Shown here piece after piece: positions 59,818 through 64,000 of a DNA stretch of 64,000 bases. The DNA is taken from assembly GCA_036652795.1 (NCBI GenBank), contig JAVVVD010000001.1:159363-223362 (forward strand). Reading direction: 5' to 3'. How positions within the stretch are numbered: position 1 is the stretch's first letter; each line of letters opens with the position of its first letter. The DNA is from Clostridia bacterium. Lineage in GTDB: Bacteria > Bacillota > Clostridia > Christensenellales > CAG-138. Position numbers and translations under genes: made by a program. The notes beneath the pieces are model-generated. The model saw only the letters and a list, made by a program, of their open reading frames with translations, did not search any database and was not told the origin of the DNA.

Positions 59818-61143
59818 ATGAGGAGAAAAATAGTGGAACGAAAATCAATTGGAAGTTTTATTGCCGTGCTGCGAAAAGCAAATGGACTCACGCAGAAGGA
59901 TTTGGCGGAGAAATTAAATGTATCGGACAAATCAGTCAGTCGATGGGAACGGGATGACGGTGCGCCGGATTTGTCACTTGTCCCTGTCATTGCCGAAATT
60001 TTTAACGTCACCTGCGACGAATTACTGCGGGGCGAACGCAAGTCCACTGCCAATCAGTCGGAGCAGCAGGGCGAAGATAAACCCACTTTCAAGGCAGAAA
60101 AACAGCGGCAACGGATTTTGTCCGCAAGCTTATCCAAATATCGCAATCGCAGCTTGATTGGAATTGGCTTGGCAATCGTCGGCTTTCTCGCCGCAATGTT
60201 TTGCAACTTTGGCTTTAATCGTGCCTATATCGGCTTCCTTACCGCTGCCCTATTCTACTTGGGGGCAATCATCTGTCAGGCAATATTCATAAACGCTGCA
60301 TTTCTCTCGGTATCGGATGATGAAATGGCGGGAGCCGAAGTGGAGCGATTTCGCCACCGCGTGGTTTCGTTGGGCGAAAAAGCGATTAGCCTATCCCTGG
60401 TTTTGCTGGCGCTGTCCCTGCCGCTGATTGTCTTTCCCACCGACACCTACATGGGTCTGACTGCCGAAAGCTGGCTGATGAGTGCTTTGCCCTTTGGTCT
60501 GATTGGCGTTGTTCTCTGCTGCCTTGCCTGCTATTTTTTGACCGATGCACTGCAAAAAAGAGGGGTCTACACGCTGACTGAAAAAGAAAACGCCGCCTAC
60601 CTCCACAATTTTAAGTTGAAGCGAAGCTGCGCACTGGTTTTATTGGCTGTGCTCTGCCTTACAATTTTTTGCAATGCTGTGGCTATCGGCGGAGGGGATA
60701 TCAGCAAGGTGGCGGAAGGAACCACCTTTGATGATTTTGACGCTTTCAAGGCATATATGGAACAAGACATACCCGCCGAACACAATGGCAAAGGCGGCAT
60801 TGACGGCGCACCCACACAGAGCATACCGGGCAGCGAGCATTACTATGATGAGCAAGGGAATGAAAGTACAAAGGAGCAATCCATGACCCGCACAATTACA
60901 GATAACGCTGGTAATGTAGTTTGCCGGTACATTGATCGCAATCAGTCGGTGTTGAGCCTACGCTACGGACACTTGAATGGAGAACTTCTGCCGATTACCG
61001 TCTTCACCCAGCATGATATCATGGCGGCGCGGCAGACGATTGCCTTTAGAAATGTAATTTTTGGTGGTATCTATATGCTGGAGATAGCTACCGCGGTTTT
61101 TATATATTTTCGAAAACGCAGGCATGAAACGTTGCGCAAGTGA
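59818..61143 (+). CDS. XRE-family HTH regulator fused to a polytopic membrane domain and an extracytoplasmic C-terminal region
   Basis: The HTH_3-type N-terminus is IGSFIAVLRKANGLTQKDLAEKLNVSDKSVSRWERDDGAPDL. It is followed by about five TM helices and one further TM at the C-terminus. An alternative GTG start lies at 59833. Confidence 0.75.
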   Translation: MRRKIVERKSIGSFIAVLRKANGLTQKDLAEKLNVSDKSVSRWERDDGAPDLSLVPVIAEIFNVTCDELLRGERKSTANQSEQQGEDKPTFKAEKQRQRILSASLSKYRNRSLIGIGLAIVGFLAAMFCNFGFNRAYIGFLTAALFYLGAIICQAIFINAAFLSVSDDEMAGAEVERFRHRVVSLGEKAISLSLVLLALSLPLIVFPTDTYMGLTAESWLMSALPFGLIGVVLCCLACYFLTDALQKRGVYTLTEKENAAYLHNFKLKRSCALVLLAVLCLTIFCNAVAIGGGDISKVAEGTTFDDFDAFKAYMEQDIPAEHNGKGGIDGAPTQSIPGSEHYYDEQGNESTKEQSMTRTITDNAGNVVCRYIDRNQSVLSLRYGHLNGELLPITVFTQHDIMAARQTIAFRNVIFGGIYMLEIATAVFIYFRKRRHETLRK

Positions 61144-61160
61144 AAGGAATGGCCATACTT

Positions 61161-62039
61161 ATGAGAAAAATTAGTTTAATTTTTGCATTGATATTAGTTT
61201 TCGCATTCTCAATTCCTCAAGTGGCTTATGCAAATATGGCAGCCCCTCAAGAGGCGGACATTGGTTCATCAATCACATTTGAGCAAAACGACACCGTTTC
61301 GGTACTGTCGGAAATATTGGATATTACGCTTAAGGGTTCTGAGGCGAACATTGTTGCGACTTATACAGTGAGAAACACCATAAATGAGAACATTTCCACC
61401 CAAACTATGTTTCTTTCTCCAAATATTAAAGATGGTGGAGTAAAGGTTGTGATCAATGAAAAAAAGGCATCTTTTACAGTGGAAAGCTATGCATTGAATT
61501 ATGATACAGAAATAAAAACTGATGATTGGCAGTATGCTGTGCTTACGGATGAAGCGATAGCAAGTCGTAATGCGGAGCAGACAGTTGACGCCATAAACTT
61601 TCGGATGGATTTTCAGCCGAATGAGGAATATGATGTTGTAGTTTCTTATAGCTATCATCTTGGCGGATACCCTGATTATGATTTCAATGCTAAAAATGGT
61701 AGAATTGAATATTATCTTGCCCCTGCTGCAATGTGGAATGGCTTTGGCGGCATTACGATTAATTTGAATCTTGATAAGGATATGCCGGTTATATCAAAAA
61801 GTAATTTAGAGTTTAAAAAAATTAGCACTCGCACATATCAGTATGTTTCAGATACACTTCCCGAAGAAAATTTAGAGATTGTCATTGATGAAAACTGGTG
61901 GCAAAACATTTTCAGCACTTTGAGAAGCCCTTATTTTCATATGACACTTTTGATGTTTTCTCCCTTTATTTTAATTGCCGTTATAGTTGGTATATTTATA
62001 GTTTGGCGCCTGCATAAAAAGAAAAAGACTAATAATTAA
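61161..62039 (+). CDS. secreted, C-terminally anchored hypothetical protein
   Basis: Signal peptide MRKISLIFALILVFAFSIPQVAYA and a C-terminal TM helix plus KKKK. Tightly coupled to the upstream HTH-membrane gene. Confidence 0.5.
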   Translation: MRKISLIFALILVFAFSIPQVAYANMAAPQEADIGSSITFEQNDTVSVLSEILDITLKGSEANIVATYTVRNTINENISTQTMFLSPNIKDGGVKVVINEKKASFTVESYALNYDTEIKTDDWQYAVLTDEAIASRNAEQTVDAINFRMDFQPNEEYDVVVSYSYHLGGYPDYDFNAKNGRIEYYLAPAAMWNGFGGITINLNLDKDMPVISKSNLEFKKISTRTYQYVSDTLPEENLEIVIDENWWQNIFSTLRSPYFHMTLLMFSPFILIAVIVGIFIVWRLHKKKKTNN

Positions 62040-62213
62040 AAATGGAAAATGGATCTTTTTCTATGTTTAAAAATATACATATAAGCAAATAAAAATTATT
62101 TATATTTTCAAATCACTATTTTAAATGATAGTGATTTTTTATTGACATTTTACGGTTTGAATTTTATAATAAAGTTATACAAATCATACATATCATACTT
62201 ACGGAGGCGCGAT

Positions 62214-62438
62214 ATGAAAAATCCAGAAGGTAAATTTGCTTGGACGGTCAAGGTAGGTGAAAAGGGACAGTTTGTAATTCCAAAGGAAGCAAGAGATATT
62301 TTTGATATTAAACCGGGCGACACTTTAATTGTGCTTGGGGATGTAGAAAGAGGAATTGCTATTCCACCTAAAAATCTTTTTGAAGAGCTAACTAAGACAA
62401 TCTTTCCAACAGACGAAAATAAAGGTGATAACTTATGA
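62214..62438 (+). CDS. AbrB/MazE/SpoVT family DNA-binding protein
   Basis: VKVGEKGQFVIPKEARDIFDIKPGDTLIVL is a swapped-hairpin motif. RBS GGAGG before ATG 62214. Confidence 0.75.
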   Translation: MKNPEGKFAWTVKVGEKGQFVIPKEARDIFDIKPGDTLIVLGDVERGIAIPPKNLFEELTKTIFPTDENKGDNL

Positions 62439-63286
62439 ATGTTTTAACCGTAAACAATCTGACAAAAAGCTATCCGTCCTTTAAGCTTGATGCTGTTTCC
62501 TTTTCTTTGGAGGAAGGCAAAATCACAGGCTTTATAGGCCGAAATGGTGCGGGTAAATCGACAACTCTCAATTGTTTGTTTAACTTTGTCCATTCGGATA
62601 GCGGAGAAATTTCTTTCTTCGGGTTGGATTTTAAAAAGAGCGAAACCGAAATTAAAGAAAAAATCGGCTTTGTTTCCAGTGGTGTGAATTACTATCCAAA
62701 CAAAAAAATAAAGAAAATTTCTGCGGTCACAAAAATGTTTTATAATAAGTGGGACGATGCTGCATACCAAAAATATATGCAGATGTTTAAGCTGGACGAG
62801 AAAAAAACGCCGTCACAGCTCTCCACCGGTATGAAAGTGAAATATGCTCTTACTCTGGCATTATCCCACAATGCGGATTTGCTGATTTTAGATGAACCTA
62901 CCAGTGGACTTGACCCTGTTTCTCGCGATGACCTATTGGACGTTTTTATGAGCCTGTGCGATGAGGGCAAAACAATTTTATTCTCAACGCACATCATTTC
63001 TGATCTTGATAAATGCGCTGACAATATTATCTACATCAAAAACGGGAAAATCATATCAGAAAAAGCAGTTAAGGACTTTGAAAACTTTTATAAGCTTATA
63101 TCATTTGACAATCAAGATGCTGTAACAAAGTATCAACGCTATCTTTTGGGTATAAAACGCAACAAGGATGGTTATAGCGCATTGATTGAAAGCAACGATG
63201 CCGTTCACTTTGATTGCGAAGTCCATAATGCGGATTTAGAAGCGATTATGATCCATATTGAAAAGGAGGCAGAAAGCAATGATTAA
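62435..63286 (+). CDS. ABC transporter ATP-binding protein
   Basis: Walker A GRNGAGKST, signature LSTGMKVK and Walker B LILDEPTSGLD. Confidence 0.9.
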   Translation: MNVLTVNNLTKSYPSFKLDAVSFSLEEGKITGFIGRNGAGKSTTLNCLFNFVHSDSGEISFFGLDFKKSETEIKEKIGFVSSGVNYYPNKKIKKISAVTKMFYNKWDDAAYQKYMQMFKLDEKKTPSQLSTGMKVKYALTLALSHNADLLILDEPTSGLDPVSRDDLLDVFMSLCDEGKTILFSTHIISDLDKCADNIIYIKNGKIISEKAVKDFENFYKLISFDNQDAVTKYQRYLLGIKRNKDGYSALIESNDAVHFDCEVHNADLEAIMIHIEKEAESND

Positions 63287-63929
63287 GCTGATAAAAAAGG
63301 AATTTATGCTTGCGATGCACCCGATCGTACCTATGATGGTATTGCTTTCCGCTATGGTATTGATTCCGAATTATCCCTATATTGTTATCTTTTTTTATGT
63401 TTCTATGGCGGTTTTCTTTACCTGCCTTTCGGGCAGAGAAAACAATGATGTGGTGTATTCTCTTAATTTGCCTGTTGCAAAAAAGAATATAGTGAAAGCA
63501 AGATTTGCGTTCGCTATCATACTGGAATTCGTGCAGCTGCTAATTATGATTCCATTTGCTGTGCTAAATCAAAATATAAACCCAACAGGCAATCAAGCGG
63601 GAATGGATGCAAATATCGCCCTTTTTGCTATAGCCTTTATCGTCTATGGATTATTCAATTTTGTGTTTTTTAACAGCTACTATAAAAATGTTTCCAAGGT
63701 AGGAATAGCATTTATAAAATCAAGCGTTCTCTTATTTATCCTTACGGGAATTGATGTTATTTCCACTCATGGCGTACCATTTGTAAGAGACGTATTGGAT
63801 ACCCCTGATTCAGAGTATTTGATGCAAAAAGTTATTTTCTTACTATTCGGATTGCTTGCGTATCTAATTCTAACTGCAATTACATACAAGATAAGCGTTA
63901 TGAATTTTGAAAAGCAGGATTTAAATTAA
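63279..63929 (+). CDS. ABC-2 type transporter membrane protein
   Basis: About 216 aa with six hydrophobic segments. MIKLIKKEFML is a typical ABC-2 permease start. It overlaps the ATPase stop. Confidence 0.65.
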   Translation: MIKLIKKEFMLAMHPIVPMMVLLSAMVLIPNYPYIVIFFYVSMAVFFTCLSGRENNDVVYSLNLPVAKKNIVKARFAFAIILEFVQLLIMIPFAVLNQNINPTGNQAGMDANIALFAIAFIVYGLFNFVFFNSYYKNVSKVGIAFIKSSVLLFILTGIDVISTHGVPFVRDVLDTPDSEYLMQKVIFLLFGLLAYLILTAITYKISVMNFEKQDLN

Positions 63930-64000
63930 CGACTGCTTATTATGAACATAATCTTCCATTGCCTTTAAAAATCACTATCTGCCGGTATTGCAAATGATGG

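Overview
This window looks like a Gram-positive Firmicutes/Clostridia-type chromosome, judged from gene content and order; the species cannot be determined from the sequence alone. Bases 1-48,200 form a dense, almost entirely plus-strand housekeeping block. It runs pta-ackA, yceD-rpmF, plsX-acpP-rnc-smc-ftsY, ylxM-ffh-rpsP-KH-rimM-trmD-rplS-rbgA-rnhB-yraN, then a giant double GT-C glycosyltransferase with GtrA. It continues with comM-dprA-topA-trmFO-hslVU, a SleB-like hydrolase, an NDP-sugar/PMM fusion, trmL, rplM-rpsI, trxB, glmM, an amino-acid ABC transporter and glyQS (minus strand). It ends with a Cys-rich YjcZ-like gene, lepA-hemW and the CIRCE-controlled hrcA-grpE-dnaK-dnaJ operon. From about 48.3 kb onward the region looks accessory: TetR/MATE/cytidylate-kinase-like genes, a lipoprotein gene and tRNA-Pro(GGG). 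The main result is a visibly AT-rich element of about 6.6 kb at roughly 52.69-59.27 kb. It has a filamentous-phage (inovirus-like) morphogenesis module in Ff-like order: small hydrophobic protein, major coat, pIII-like, pVI-like and Zot/pI-like ATPase. Its replication module, however, is of the CRESS-DNA-virus type. The Rep protein combines an HUH endonuclease with an SF3 helicase, and a perfect stem-loop upstream presents the canonical nonanucleotide TAGTATTAC followed by TGTGAC iterons. The element also carries a membrane-anchored DUF2726 nuclease-like gene and an IS30-family transposase interrupted by one in-frame TAA. The tRNA plus the element are bracketed by inverted repeats of about 80-120 bp. 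The window ends with an XRE-type membrane regulator and an AbrB/ABC-2 transporter cluster. No rRNA genes or CRISPR arrays were seen. All calls rest on reading the ORF translations and the sequence by eye, and no database search was possible.
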